64,000 nt of DNA from Thermoplasmata archaeon. GTDB taxonomy: Archaea; Thermoplasmatota; Thermoplasmata; Lutacidiplasmatales; UBA184. A program made the position numbers and the translations under genes. Below, in pieces: positions 44,894 through 54,934 of this stretch. Location: NCBI GenBank assembly GCA_021816865.1, contig JAKAWX010000003.1, forward strand, positions 34,681 through 98,680. Direction: 5' to 3'. Every line of letters starts with the position of its first letter. Positions within the stretch are counted from its first letter, which is position 1. The notes under the pieces are model-generated. The model was given only the letters and a program-made list of their open reading frames with translations, ran no database searches and had not been told where the DNA came from.

Positions 44894-46192
44894 GTGGTCG
44901 ACTTGAAACCGGTACGGGCGTTCCATCCGGACCCCCGTCGGGGGTCACCGGACCGACTGGTCTGCCCGGTCTACGACACCCTCTCGGAATCCGAGCTCGC
45001 GCGGTACGCGGCCCACCGCCACAACGCGGCGCGGTTCGTTACCCGGCCGAAGGACGTTCCGGTCGGACGGTTCGTCGCGGAGGCGGCGGCACGGCTCCGC
45101 GAAGCCCTCCGGTCGGAAGTGTTCGTGCAGGACCCCCGGCCGGCGTTCTACGTCTATGGGATCCGCTACTTCCCACCCGACGACCTCCTCGAGACGATCG
45201 ATCCCAGGCAACGACGCGCCCGCTACCTTCTGCTCGGCCTCGTCGGCGCCCTCGACTTCGACACGATCGAACCCGGACAGGTGGCGATGCACGAGCGAAC
45301 GTTCGCCGACCGGGTCGAAGAGCGCGTGGCGCTCACCGATGCCACGGGGATGAGCTTCGCCCCGATCATGGCGGGCTACCACCGGCCCGACCACGCCCTC
45401 AACGACCGGCTCGAGCGGTGGCTCGGGCTCGACCGCCGGGGCCTCGCGTTCGACGGCGACGTGCCCCCGCTCGCGGAAGCCGTCCTCGAAGGGACGACCC
45501 ACCGTCTCTGGCGGATCGACGAGCCGTCACGCATCGAGGAGATCTCCCGAGAGCTTCGTTCGTATCGGGTGCTGGTCCTCGACGGGCACCACCGCTTTAC
45601 CGCAGCGGCCCTGCGCCACTCCGCCGGTCGACGGTCGGCGCCGCTCGCGATGCTCGTGGACGGGGAGGACCGCGCCCTACGGGTACTCCCGTGGCACCGG
45701 GTGCTTCCCGCACACGGCGGCGTCTCGTTCGCCGAGATCGTCGGCGCGGCGCGTCGGGAGTTCCCGCGGGTCGAGACCGTGGAGCGACCCGGAGCGGTCG
45801 AAGGGGTGATCGAGCGACTGGGCGAGATGCGTCGCGAAGGCCGGCGGGGGTTCCTGGCGCTCGACGGGGGGTCGATGGCCGAGGTCGGCGGCCCGCCGAG
45901 TTCGGATGTTGGCGCGGACTTCGACCTCCTCCACGGATTCCTCGAGGGTCGGCTGGGGGTCGACCCCCACGAGCTCGAGTTCGTCCGCTCGCCCCGTGCG
46001 GCGTTCGACCGCGTCACCGCCTCGCGCGGGGGCCTTTCGGACGGGTCGGCGTTCCTGGTTCCGGGACTCACGGAGAAGGGGATCGAGGAGCGGGCGTTCG
46101 GATCCGGAACGATGATGGCCCACAAGTCCACGATGTTCCTGCCCAAAGTGGCCGACGGAATGATCTTTGCCCGGGCGGACGCGTCGAACTGA
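44894..46192 (+). CDS. DUF1015 family protein
   Basis: MVDLKPVRAFHP....VCPVYDTLSE at the N-terminus and LDGHHRF in the middle match my recollection of DUF1015. Confidence 0.65.
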   Translation: MVDLKPVRAFHPDPRRGSPDRLVCPVYDTLSESELARYAAHRHNAARFVTRPKDVPVGRFVAEAAARLREALRSEVFVQDPRPAFYVYGIRYFPPDDLLETIDPRQRRARYLLLGLVGALDFDTIEPGQVAMHERTFADRVEERVALTDATGMSFAPIMAGYHRPDHALNDRLERWLGLDRRGLAFDGDVPPLAEAVLEGTTHRLWRIDEPSRIEEISRELRSYRVLVLDGHHRFTAAALRHSAGRRSAPLAMLVDGEDRALRVLPWHRVLPAHGGVSFAEIVGAARREFPRVETVERPGAVEGVIERLGEMRREGRRGFLALDGGSMAEVGGPPSSDVGADFDLLHGFLEGRLGVDPHELEFVRSPRAAFDRVTASRGGLSDGSAFLVPGLTEKGIEERAFGSGTMMAHKSTMFLPKVADGMIFARADASN

Positions 46193-46235
46193 ACGACCCC
46201 TCGGCTCCCGCGGACTCGCGGACGCGTGCGTCGGG

Positions 46236-48365
46236 TCAGAGCGGACGGCGATAGGGACGCCCGGTGGTCCCGGTTCCCGGGGAGACGGGCGGGACGTTCG
46301 GGGGCGGTCCGGCGGGGACCATGCGGAGCGGGGACGACGCGGTCGGGTGCACGGGTCGGCCGAGCTTCTCCCGGAGCCAGTGGCGGACATCGAAGAAGTA
46401 CATGTTCCCGTAGGGACAGGCCTCGACGCAGTCGCCGACGCCGCAGCACTTCGAGCTGCGGAACTCGCCCTTCTGCCGGAAGTGCCCCGGCATGTCGACC
46501 AGCCCTACCGGGCACGACTTCGCGCAGTCGACGGTCGTGCAGCGACGACAAACCTCCTTGTCCCTCACTTTGAGACGGAAGAACCCAAGCCGCCCGAATG
46601 CCGCCGTGATCTGACCCGTGTAGCACCAACCCATCGTGACGCAGCTGTAGTTGCCCGAGTAGGGGATGGTGACGAACAGGACGTACCAGAGGACGCCAAA
46701 GTAGAGTGCGTAGAGGAACGCGGTCGGGTCGGCGCCAAGGACCCTGAGGTCCCAGATGCCGACCTGGTCGAGGTACGAAGCGGCGGAGGCGAGAACGAGC
46801 GAGACCATCACGCAGGCCGTCGTGACGGAGTACGCCGTCGACAAGCGGCTGCTGAGGTACTTGCGGGCAAGGGGGGAGGTGCGGTTGAAGCTCTTCATCG
46901 CGTCGATCGTCGTCCCCTGGAACATCAGCGGGGCCGTGCAGAAGACCGAGCAGACGACCCGACGGCCGAAGAGGACCGCGAGGAGGCCCACGACGGCGTA
47001 CGTGGCGAGGAGCACGACGAAGACCGAGGTCGCGAGCGGCGCCGAGCCGATCCCCATGCTCCATCCGAGCACGGGCACTGCCGGGCCCCGGGGAAATGTC
47101 GGGAAGACGAGCGGGTAGTACACGCTCGGAAAGAACACCGCGAATGCGGCGTAGCTCCCCATCATGAGGGCGAGGCGCACCCGGGTTTCGCGCGAGCGCG
47201 TCTCGCGGAACTTGAAGCAGACGAGCGCGCCCATCTCAATCCCCATCATGACGAGGAACCACGTCGACCCGGTGGTGAGGGCGACGAACCAGAAGATGTC
47301 GTAGAGCGCGCGATACGCGATCCCACCTCCGCCCCCCGAAAGCGGGAGCAGGCCCCCGCTCCCGAAGAACGAGGGCCCGGCGATCGCAACGTCGAGAAGC
47401 GCCCCCATGAACACCTCCGCCACGAAGATCGTCCCGAGCAGGACGACCGACCAGCCCGGCCGCAGCGTCCAGGGCGTCGTCGGTCCGTCGGTGAAACGGG
47501 CCGGCCGCGTCAGCGCGCCAAAGAAGATCACCATCTCGATCACGACCGAGAGGGCGAAGACGGTCGTCGACCCGGTTTCCTTCCAGGCGTAGAGCCCGGC
47601 CATCATCCCGGCGTAGACCGCGAGCAACTGCACCAGGTAGGAGGCGAGCCCCGCCTCGACGTTGCGGTGCCGGTAGAGGAACTCCATCACGAAAACGACC
47701 AGGACGATCATGGCCGCGCTCGAAGCGGCGATTGCGAGGTCGGCCCAGAGCGCGCCCGCGAGAGCCGGCGGGGAGAACGCCATGATCAACGCCTGCCCAC
47801 CGAGGATCGCGACGACCGGCCGCGAGAGGCGGTCGCGAAGGAGGGCGGCGGACAGGAACATCTCGGCGGCCATCGTGAAGAGGAACCAGGGAGAGTCGAT
47901 CGTCGACGCGACCCCCGAGACGATCCCCGGGAGGCTCCCGCCCCCGAACCCGACGGTGGATCCGGCCGCGGCCGAGAAGGTCCACCCCATCAGGAGCTCG
48001 TTGGCCAGAACGAGAAGCACGATGCCCGCGACGAACGCCCCGCGATGTTTCAGGATCGGCGGAGATGCACCGCCCTCGACGGAAGTCCGGTGTCTCGCTT
48101 CCTCGAGGAATCCCAGGAACACCTGGACGACGCTCACCGCCATGAGCGCGCTCGCGACCCAGAAGCCCTCTACTAGGGCCGGGGTCCCGGGATCGGAGTA
48201 GTACACCGCCGCGCCGGCGAGCATCGAGACCATCATCAGGAGGAGGAAGACGACCGTCGACGCCGGCAGGGCGGTACGGGCGTCGGCCGCCCAGCGGATC
48301 AGGTAGGCGGTCGCGGACGCCATCGCCGCCGCGAGCGGAACGAGAACCACCCAGGTTGCGATCAT
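46236..48365 (-). CDS. Large integral membrane protein fused to a NapH/polyferredoxin-like Fe-S domain
   Basis: 709 aa. About 450 aa of TM helices are followed by VCSVFCTAP..., more TM segments, and CRRCTTVDCAKSCP plus CCGVGDCVEACP. Confidence 0.75.
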   Translation of the reverse strand: MIATWVVLVPLAAAMASATAYLIRWAADARTALPASTVVFLLLMMVSMLAGAAVYYSDPGTPALVEGFWVASALMAVSVVQVFLGFLEEARHRTSVEGGASPPILKHRGAFVAGIVLLVLANELLMGWTFSAAAGSTVGFGGGSLPGIVSGVASTIDSPWFLFTMAAEMFLSAALLRDRLSRPVVAILGGQALIMAFSPPALAGALWADLAIAASSAAMIVLVVFVMEFLYRHRNVEAGLASYLVQLLAVYAGMMAGLYAWKETGSTTVFALSVVIEMVIFFGALTRPARFTDGPTTPWTLRPGWSVVLLGTIFVAEVFMGALLDVAIAGPSFFGSGGLLPLSGGGGGIAYRALYDIFWFVALTTGSTWFLVMMGIEMGALVCFKFRETRSRETRVRLALMMGSYAAFAVFFPSVYYPLVFPTFPRGPAVPVLGWSMGIGSAPLATSVFVVLLATYAVVGLLAVLFGRRVVCSVFCTAPLMFQGTTIDAMKSFNRTSPLARKYLSSRLSTAYSVTTACVMVSLVLASAASYLDQVGIWDLRVLGADPTAFLYALYFGVLWYVLFVTIPYSGNYSCVTMGWCYTGQITAAFGRLGFFRLKVRDKEVCRRCTTVDCAKSCPVGLVDMPGHFRQKGEFRSSKCCGVGDCVEACPYGNMYFFDVRHWLREKLGRPVHPTASSPLRMVPAGPPPNVPPVSPGTGTTGRPYRRPL

Positions 48366-48540
48366 CTTCCGGCGCCCCGCCGCTTACGACTCGTCCCGGT
48401 CATGGGGCGCCATCGACCGGCGCGGCCGGGACGGCCACCGGGGGCGGACTACGCGTCCCCTGGAGGGGGCCGGCGGTACCGCTGCCGGTCCCGCCCAGAG
48501 CCGGAGCGGCGGGCGACACCGTTCCTTAGCCGGCTCGGAC

Positions 48541-48547
48541 TTTATAT
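48541..48547. promoter_or_regulatory. Isolated TATA-like box (tttatat) inside a 960-bp ORF-poor spacer
   Basis: The only AT-rich patch at 48366-49240. It is 180 nt from the minus-strand start at 48365 and 780 nt from the aceB start. Confidence 0.3.
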
Positions 48548-49325
48548 CGGGGGGGTCCGAACCGTGACCTCACCGCGGAACTCCTGTCGGCCGTGGGGAT
48601 CGGAGGCGGCCGCGCCGGGGTCGGTCCCGCGGACGCTTCCGCGAGGCCCGACGGCATCGGGCGCCACCGTCCCGGGCGGCCGTCGAACGCCCGCCACACC
48701 CCGCGGTTGCGCCCGGCCCGCGCCACGGCGGCACGAACAACCCCCGGCCCTGCGCATCGTTCCGAGGGGCGGACGGAGCAAAGCCCGGGTGGCGCCCTAC
48801 AAAAGCGACTTCGCGAGCCGGTAGCGCGGAGCTGCTCGAACGGTTACGACGCTGCGGCGAACTGCGCGGGGCGGCCGGTGGTCGAGGGTCCTCTCTGGCT
48901 CCAACTGCCGCAACCCGGCGCCCCGCCTCCCCCGGACGGCGGAGCGTCACCGCTTGGGGGTCTGCTCCGGGCCGGGGGACCGATCGGGGGCGGGGATTCG
49001 CGGTCGTGGCTTCGCTCGTCGACCCGGAGAGCTCGAAGGGCATCCGAGCGCGGGGCTCGGGACCGAGGACGGGCACGTCGGCCGCTCGAGCGCGGTGGTC
49101 TTCCGCCGGCGCCCTAAGTGCGGCTCGAGCGGGGTCTCCTCTGCATTCGCAACGCGCCGCTCATGCGGGAGTCGGATCGGAACCGGCAGGACGCTGCCCC
49201 GCGGGGAAGCCGGACGCCCGGATGTCCCGCGAAGGTTCGCAACGTATTTTGACCGGAAGTGCGTGGGTTCTCTCGCTCACGGGACGTGGACCTCTACCGT
49301 CCTCGCTCCGGCGATCGAGACTTCG

Positions 49326-50969
49326 ATGAGTTCCCGGGATCCTCGTCCAGGGAGTTCTCCCCCCGAGCCCGTTCGACCCCACATCGAGGTGGACGGCCCG
49401 ACCGCACCGAGGTTCGCCGAGATACTCACTCCGGAGGCGCTCGACTTCCTCGGATCCCTGCACGCGCGGTTCGACACCCGTCGCCGGTCGCTCCTCGCGG
49501 CACGCGGTGCGTTCCGGGAGATGGTCACCGCCGGTCGGCTCCCCGACTTTCCCCCGGAGACCCGATCGGTGCGGGAGGGCGCGTGGACGGTTCCACCTCC
49601 GCCGGTGGACCTCGAGGACCGCCGAGTCGAGATCACCGGCCCCGTCGACCGGAAGATGATCATCAACGCGCTCAACTCGGGCGCCCGGGTTTACATGGCC
49701 GACTTCGAGGACGCCCACTCCCCAACGTGGGCTGCGACCGTCGCCGGCCAGGTGAACCTTTGGGATGCGGTGCGGCGCCGCATCTCCTACGAGGCTCCGG
49801 ACGGACGGGCGTACCGGCTCGCGGAGCGAACCGCCACCCTCCTCGTCCGGCCCCGGGGGTGGCACCTCGAGGAGCGACACGCCCGGGCCGACGGGACCCC
49901 GCTCTCGGCCAGCCTGTTCGACTTCGGGCTCTACTTCTTCCACAACGCGAAGGAGCTCCTCGCCCGAGGTACGGGGCCGTACTTTTACCTCCCCAAGATC
50001 GAGCACTACCTCGAAGCCCGGCTCTGGAACGACGTCTTCCGGGCCTCGGAGGCGGCGCTCGGGATCCCGGTCGGGTCGATCCGGGCGACCGTCCTCATCG
50101 AAACCCTGCCCGCCGCCTTCCAGATGGACGAGATCCTCTACGAGCTGCGGGAGCACTCGGCCGGGCTCAACTGCGGGCGTTGGGACTACCTCTTCAGCTT
50201 CATCAAGCAGTTCCGCGACGATCCGACGTCGAGGTTCCCCGACCGGGCCCGTCTCACGATGGACACGGGGTTCCTGACCGCGTACTCGCACCTCCTGATC
50301 CAGACCTGTCATCGTCGGGGGGCCCATGCGATGGGGGGGATGGCCGCGCAGATCCCGATCAAGAGCGACCCCGTCGCGAACGCCGAGGCGATCGCCAAGG
50401 TGGTCGCGGACAAGGAACGGGAGGTCCGGGCCGGGCACGACGGCACGTGGGTCGCGCACCCGGGGCTCGTCCCCATCGCCGCCGCGGTCTTCGACCGTGA
50501 GATGCGCGGGCCGAACCAGATCCACATCCCCCGCACCTGCCCCCCGATCGGGCCCGCGGAGCTTCTGGCCGTTCCTCCGGGCCCGATCACGGCGGACGGC
50601 GTCCACCGGAACGCGCGGGTCGCGCTCCTCTACCTCACGGCATGGCTCGGCGGGAACGGCTGCGTGCCGATCGACCACCTCATGGAGGACGCCGCCACCG
50701 CCGAGATCGCCCGGACCCAGCTCTGGCAGTGGGTCCACCACGGGGCCCGTCTCGAGGACGGTCGGCCGATCGATGTCGCCCTCGTCCGTACCGAGCTCGC
50801 GCGAGAGCTCGAGCGGCACCGGGCCGAGGCGGAGACCGAGGCCGTCCGGACGACCGCGACGACGGCCGCCGCCCTGCTCGAGGAGCTCATTACCCGTCCC
50901 GGGCTCGAGGAGTTTATCACGCGGTATGCGTACCCGTACTTGGGCGACGCGCCGGAGAGCGGAGCATGA
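49326..50969 (+). CDS. aceB: Malate synthase (A-type)
   Basis: [47 protein letters not shown] and [11 protein letters not shown] motifs. 547 aa from the ATG at 49326. Confidence 0.9.
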   Translation: MSSRDPRPGSSPPEPVRPHIEVDGPTAPRFAEILTPEALDFLGSLHARFDTRRRSLLAARGAFREMVTAGRLPDFPPETRSVREGAWTVPPPPVDLEDRRVEITGPVDRKMIINALNSGARVYMADFEDAHSPTWAATVAGQVNLWDAVRRRISYEAPDGRAYRLAERTATLLVRPRGWHLEERHARADGTPLSASLFDFGLYFFHNAKELLARGTGPYFYLPKIEHYLEARLWNDVFRASEAALGIPVGSIRATVLIETLPAAFQMDEILYELREHSAGLNCGRWDYLFSFIKQFRDDPTSRFPDRARLTMDTGFLTAYSHLLIQTCHRRGAHAMGGMAAQIPIKSDPVANAEAIAKVVADKEREVRAGHDGTWVAHPGLVPIAAAVFDREMRGPNQIHIPRTCPPIGPAELLAVPPGPITADGVHRNARVALLYLTAWLGGNGCVPIDHLMEDAATAEIARTQLWQWVHHGARLEDGRPIDVALVRTELARELERHRAEAETEAVRTTATTAAALLEELITRPGLEEFITRYAYPYLGDAPESGA

Positions 50970-52306
50970 AGGAGGTCGTCGGGTCCGACTGGAAGAAGGC
51001 CGAACGCTGGAAAGGAATCATTCGGCCGTACCGGGCGGAGGACGTCGAACGGCTGCGGGGATCGGTCCCGATCGAGTACACGATCGCGTCGCTCGGCGCC
51101 CAGAGGCTGTGGCGGCTCCTCCAGAGCGAGCCGTACCTCCCGACGCTGGGGGCGATGAGCGGCACCCAGGCGGTCCAGATGGTCGCCGCGGGCCTCCCCG
51201 CGATCTACGCGAGCGGCTGGCAGGTGGCCGCCGACGCGAACGATGCGGCCCAGACCTATCCCGACCAGAGCCTCTACCCGGCGGACTCGATGCCGCACCT
51301 GGTCCGCCGGATCAACAACGCCTTCCGCCGCGAGGACGAGAAGCAGCACGCCCTCGGGAAGGGCGACGTTTACTGGTACGCCCCGATCGTCGCCGACGGC
51401 GAGGCCGGCTTCGGAGGGAACCTCAATGTCTTCGAGCTCACGAAGGCCCTGATCGACGCGGGCGCCGCGGGACTGCACCTCGAGGACCAGCTGGCCTCGG
51501 TCAAGAAGTGCGGACACATGGGCGGGAAGGTCCTCGTCCCCACGCGGGAGTTCAACCAGAAGCTCTGGGCGGCCCGTCTCGCCGCCGACGTCGCCGGGGT
51601 CCCGACGGTCGTGATCGCCCGCACCGACGCGCTCAGCGCGAAGCTCCTGACGAGCGACATCGACCCGCGCGACGAGGCGTTCCTGACCGGGAAGCGTACC
51701 TCCGAGGGATTCTTCGAGATCACCGGGGGCCTCGACATGGCGATCGCCCGCGGGCTCGCCTACGCGCCGTTCGCCGACCTCCTGTGGTTCGAGACCGCGG
51801 GGCCCGACCTCGACGAGGCGGAGCGGTTCGCGCGCGAGATCCACCGCGCGTTCCCGGGAAAGCCGCTCGCTTACAACTGCTCGCCGTCGTTCAACTGGCG
51901 CAAGAAGCTCTCGACCGACGTGATCGCGCAGTTCCAGACGACGATCGGCGAGATGGGCTACAAGTTCCAGTTCGTGACCCTGGCCGGCTTCCACGCGCTC
52001 AACCTCTCGATGTTCCGGCTCGCGAAAGGCTACTCGCAGACCGGCATGTCGGCGTACACCGACCTCCAGGAAGAGGAGTTCCGCGCCGAGGAGGACGGGT
52101 ACGCCGCGGTGAAGCACCAGTCGTTCGTCGGCACCGGTTACTTCGACGACGTGGCCCAGGTCCTCTCGGGCGGGTTGACCTCCACGCTCGCCATGGACGG
52201 CTCGACCGAGAAGGAGCAGTTCCAGGAGCCGCAACCGCGCCGGGCGAGCGGAGAGGCGCCCGTTCGGTCGGCACGCTCCCGGTCGGCCTCCTCGAAGGTC
52301 AGCTGA
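50966..52306 (+). CDS. aceA: Isocitrate lyase
   Basis: ATGA overlap with aceB. Motifs [21 protein letters not shown] and [21 protein letters not shown]. Confidence 0.9.
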   Translation: MKEVVGSDWKKAERWKGIIRPYRAEDVERLRGSVPIEYTIASLGAQRLWRLLQSEPYLPTLGAMSGTQAVQMVAAGLPAIYASGWQVAADANDAAQTYPDQSLYPADSMPHLVRRINNAFRREDEKQHALGKGDVYWYAPIVADGEAGFGGNLNVFELTKALIDAGAAGLHLEDQLASVKKCGHMGGKVLVPTREFNQKLWAARLAADVAGVPTVVIARTDALSAKLLTSDIDPRDEAFLTGKRTSEGFFEITGGLDMAIARGLAYAPFADLLWFETAGPDLDEAERFAREIHRAFPGKPLAYNCSPSFNWRKKLSTDVIAQFQTTIGEMGYKFQFVTLAGFHALNLSMFRLAKGYSQTGMSAYTDLQEEEFRAEEDGYAAVKHQSFVGTGYFDDVAQVLSGGLTSTLAMDGSTEKEQFQEPQPRRASGEAPVRSARSRSASSKVS

Positions 52307-52351
52307 TCCACCCCCGGCGCCGCGCGCCGGTCGTGCCGGCTCGGCCTCGCC

Positions 52352-53530
52352 TCAGGCCGACCGGGGCGCCTCGCCGGCTTTCGGCTCCCGGCGGGGCCAG
52401 AGACGACGGGCCGCGACCCAGAGCATGATCTCCGACGGGCCGTGGGCGATGCGGCCCGAGCGCACGTCCCGCCACCGCTGCTCGTGCGGCAGCTCCTGGG
52501 AGTAGCCTCGCCCGCCGTGGAATTGGATCGCGTGGTCGATCGTGCGGAGCGCGACCTCCGTCGCCATCCACTTCGCGAGCGCCGCATCGCGGTCGCACTC
52601 GGCCCCGCGGTCGAGCCGTTCGAGGACCCGGTCCGTGTACAGCCAGGACGCCTCGAGCTCCGCCCCGTCCGCCACCAGCGCGAACGCGACCGCCTCCTGC
52701 GCGGACAGCGGGCGACCGAAGACCTTCCGATCCTCGACGAAGCGGACGGTCTCCTCCCACGACGCCCGCGCCACGCCGAGGTAGATCGCCGCGAGGAGCG
52801 CGTGCTCGCGGGTGAGCTCGTGTTGCACGTAGTCGAACGCCGCTCCGACGTCGCCGATCCGCAGGCGGCCGGGCACGCGGACCCGGTCGTAGCGCACGGT
52901 TCCGCGGCGCTGCCACCGCTCCCCGAGGTCGCCGGCGGTGCTCTCGGCGTGGACACCCGGAAGGTCGTGAGGCACGAGGAAGGCGGTGATCTCGCGTCGG
53001 GGGTCCGGTCCGGGCACGCGGGCGTAGACGATCGCCGCCTGGGCGTCCGTCGCGAACGCCGCCTCGCTCTTCGTGCCGCTGAGCAGGTAGTCGTCACCGT
53101 CCGGCACGGCGACCGCGCGGATCGCGCCCGCGTCCGAACCGGCGCCCGGCTCGGTGATCTGGTTGCCGACGAGCGCCTCGCCGCGGACGATCGGGCGGAA
53201 CCATTCCCGAACGAGGTCCGGCGAGCCGTGCTCGGCGAGGACCGACGAGAACTCCGGCTGAAGGGAGAGCTTCGCGAACGTCGTCCCGGCGAGGTAGCCA
53301 AGATGGTAGAGCGCGACCCCGACCCGGCGCACGGGCCATCCGCGGCCGCCGAGCTCGGACGGGACATGGAGGCCGAGCAGGCCGGCCTCGCCGAGGGCCC
53401 GGTACTCGGGCCAGGGGAACGCGGGAGCCCGGTCGAGCTCGCGGGAGCGTCGGGCGAGGTCGAGACGCCGAGCGACGTCGCCGATCTCCTCGACGACCGG
53501 GTCTTCGGGCAACGGCGGGAGGTCCGGCAC
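52352..53530 (-). CDS. Acyl-CoA dehydrogenase family protein
   Basis: GNQITEPGAGSDAGAI, QFHGGRGYSQE and IAHGPSEI, typical of ACAD. Abuts the upstream stop. Confidence 0.85.
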   Translation of the reverse strand: MPDLPPLPEDPVVEEIGDVARRLDLARRSRELDRAPAFPWPEYRALGEAGLLGLHVPSELGGRGWPVRRVGVALYHLGYLAGTTFAKLSLQPEFSSVLAEHGSPDLVREWFRPIVRGEALVGNQITEPGAGSDAGAIRAVAVPDGDDYLLSGTKSEAAFATDAQAAIVYARVPGPDPRREITAFLVPHDLPGVHAESTAGDLGERWQRRGTVRYDRVRVPGRLRIGDVGAAFDYVQHELTREHALLAAIYLGVARASWEETVRFVEDRKVFGRPLSAQEAVAFALVADGAELEASWLYTDRVLERLDRGAECDRDAALAKWMATEVALRTIDHAIQFHGGRGYSQELPHEQRWRDVRSGRIAHGPSEIMLWVAARRLWPRREPKAGEAPRSA

Positions 53531-54889
53531 CTACACCTCCTCCGAGGCGTAGAACGGCCGGGCGGACGGCGCCGGTCCGCGCGCGGGCGGATGCTCGCCG
53601 ACGACCCCGAGGCTCCGCAGACGTCCGACCTCGTCCGAGGAGTAGCCGAGGATCCCGGTGAGGACCGAATCGTTGTCCTGGCCGAGCCACGGCGCCCCGC
53701 GCCACACGCCGCCCGGCGTCGCCGAGAACTTCGGCGCGACGCCCGCGCCCTTCACGCGGCCCGCCACCGGATCGTCCCACTCCACGAACATCCCCCGGTC
53801 CCGGTAGTGCGGGTCGCGGGCGATGTCCGCCATGTCCTGGACCCGGTTGATCGCGACGTCGTGCTCGCGACCGAGGCGTTCGAGCGCCTCGCGCGAGCGG
53901 CTCCTGCAAAACTCGGCGATCGACCGGTCGACCGGTTCCCGGTGCGCGAGGCGGTAGTCCCGGTCGTCGAACGCCGGGTCGTCGAACCCGATCAGCGCCT
54001 TGAGCCGCGCCCAGGAGTCCGGGGTCGGGGCGGCAACGACGACAAAGCCGTCCGACGCGCGGTGCACGTCGTACGGGTGGAGTCGGGCGTGCCCGGAGCC
54101 GAAGCGGCCCCGGACGACCCCGCGCATGAAGTAGTCGAGCGCGACGTTCTCGAGCAGCACGAAGAAGACCTCGTACTGGGCGACGTCGACCGACTGCCCC
54201 CGCCCGGTTCGCTGCGCGTGGATGTAGCCCATGAGGCCGGCGGTCGCCGACGCGAGACCGGTGACGGTGTCGTTGATCGCGGTGCCGGCCCGCATCGGCG
54301 GCTCCGGGTCCGGGTTCCCCTGGAGCGCGAGGTAGCCGCTGTACGCCTGGGCGGTGAGGTCGTACGACGGGGCCGCCACCCGCTGCGGGTCGCCGGTCCG
54401 CCCGTAGCCCGAGACGTGGACGATCGTGAGCCGCGGGTTCGCCGCCCATGCTTCGGCGTCCGAGAGCCCGAGCCGGTCGTAGGTACCGGGACGAGACGAT
54501 TCGATCCAGATATCCGACTGCCTCAGGAGGTCGAGGAAGACCCGTCGTCCCTCGGGCCGTCGGACATCGAGACCGACCGAGAGCTTGTTGCGGGAGTACT
54601 GGACCCACGATTCGGAGACCGCGTCCTCGGGCGAGGGGCCGGGCAAAAGCGGCCGGAGCGTTCGCGTCGCGTCGGCGTAGGGAGGTTCGAACGGCGGACC
54701 CTCGACGTGCACGACGCGGGCGCCGAACTCGCCCAGGTACGTGGCCGCCCACGGTCCCGCGACGAACCGGGCCGACTCGAGGACCCGGAGACCCGAGAGC
54801 GGGCCGTACGGCGGCACCACGACGTCAGGGCCCGAATCGGACGACACGCGGGCCGAGCGGCCCGGTTCTCGATAACGGTCGAGGTTCAC
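53531..54889 (-). CDS. Family III CoA-transferase (CaiB-like)
   Basis: LSGLRVLESARFVAGPWAATYLGEFGARVVHVE. The start, GTG 54889, is tentative. Confidence 0.8.
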   Translation of the reverse strand: MNLDRYREPGRSARVSSDSGPDVVVPPYGPLSGLRVLESARFVAGPWAATYLGEFGARVVHVEGPPFEPPYADATRTLRPLLPGPSPEDAVSESWVQYSRNKLSVGLDVRRPEGRRVFLDLLRQSDIWIESSRPGTYDRLGLSDAEAWAANPRLTIVHVSGYGRTGDPQRVAAPSYDLTAQAYSGYLALQGNPDPEPPMRAGTAINDTVTGLASATAGLMGYIHAQRTGRGQSVDVAQYEVFFVLLENVALDYFMRGVVRGRFGSGHARLHPYDVHRASDGFVVVAAPTPDSWARLKALIGFDDPAFDDRDYRLAHREPVDRSIAEFCRSRSREALERLGREHDVAINRVQDMADIARDPHYRDRGMFVEWDDPVAGRVKGAGVAPKFSATPGGVWRGAPWLGQDNDSVLTGILGYSSDEVGRLRSLGVVGEHPPARGPAPSARPFYASEEV

Positions 54890-54934
54890 CGCGGAACCTC
54901 GCCGTCCAAATACGCTTCCCCGTTCGACGCTCCG

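Noticed and set aside
48773-48789. acggagca / ggagcaaagcccggg, reminiscent of the SRP RNA helix-8 or RNase P CR-I motifs
   Set aside because: No GNAR tetraloop in the right register, no UGUAA Alu-domain motif, and no complementary P4 3' strand (ACAGAA..CGGCUUA-like) could be found nearby on either strand. An Infernal scan would be decisive.
52442-54934. Upstream 830 aa of the 1077-aa plus-strand ORF 52442-55675
   Set aside because: This part is antisense to the well-supported acyl-CoA dehydrogenase and CoA-transferase genes and is low-complexity (R/E/D/P-rich). Only 54935-55675 has a recognisable fold pattern.
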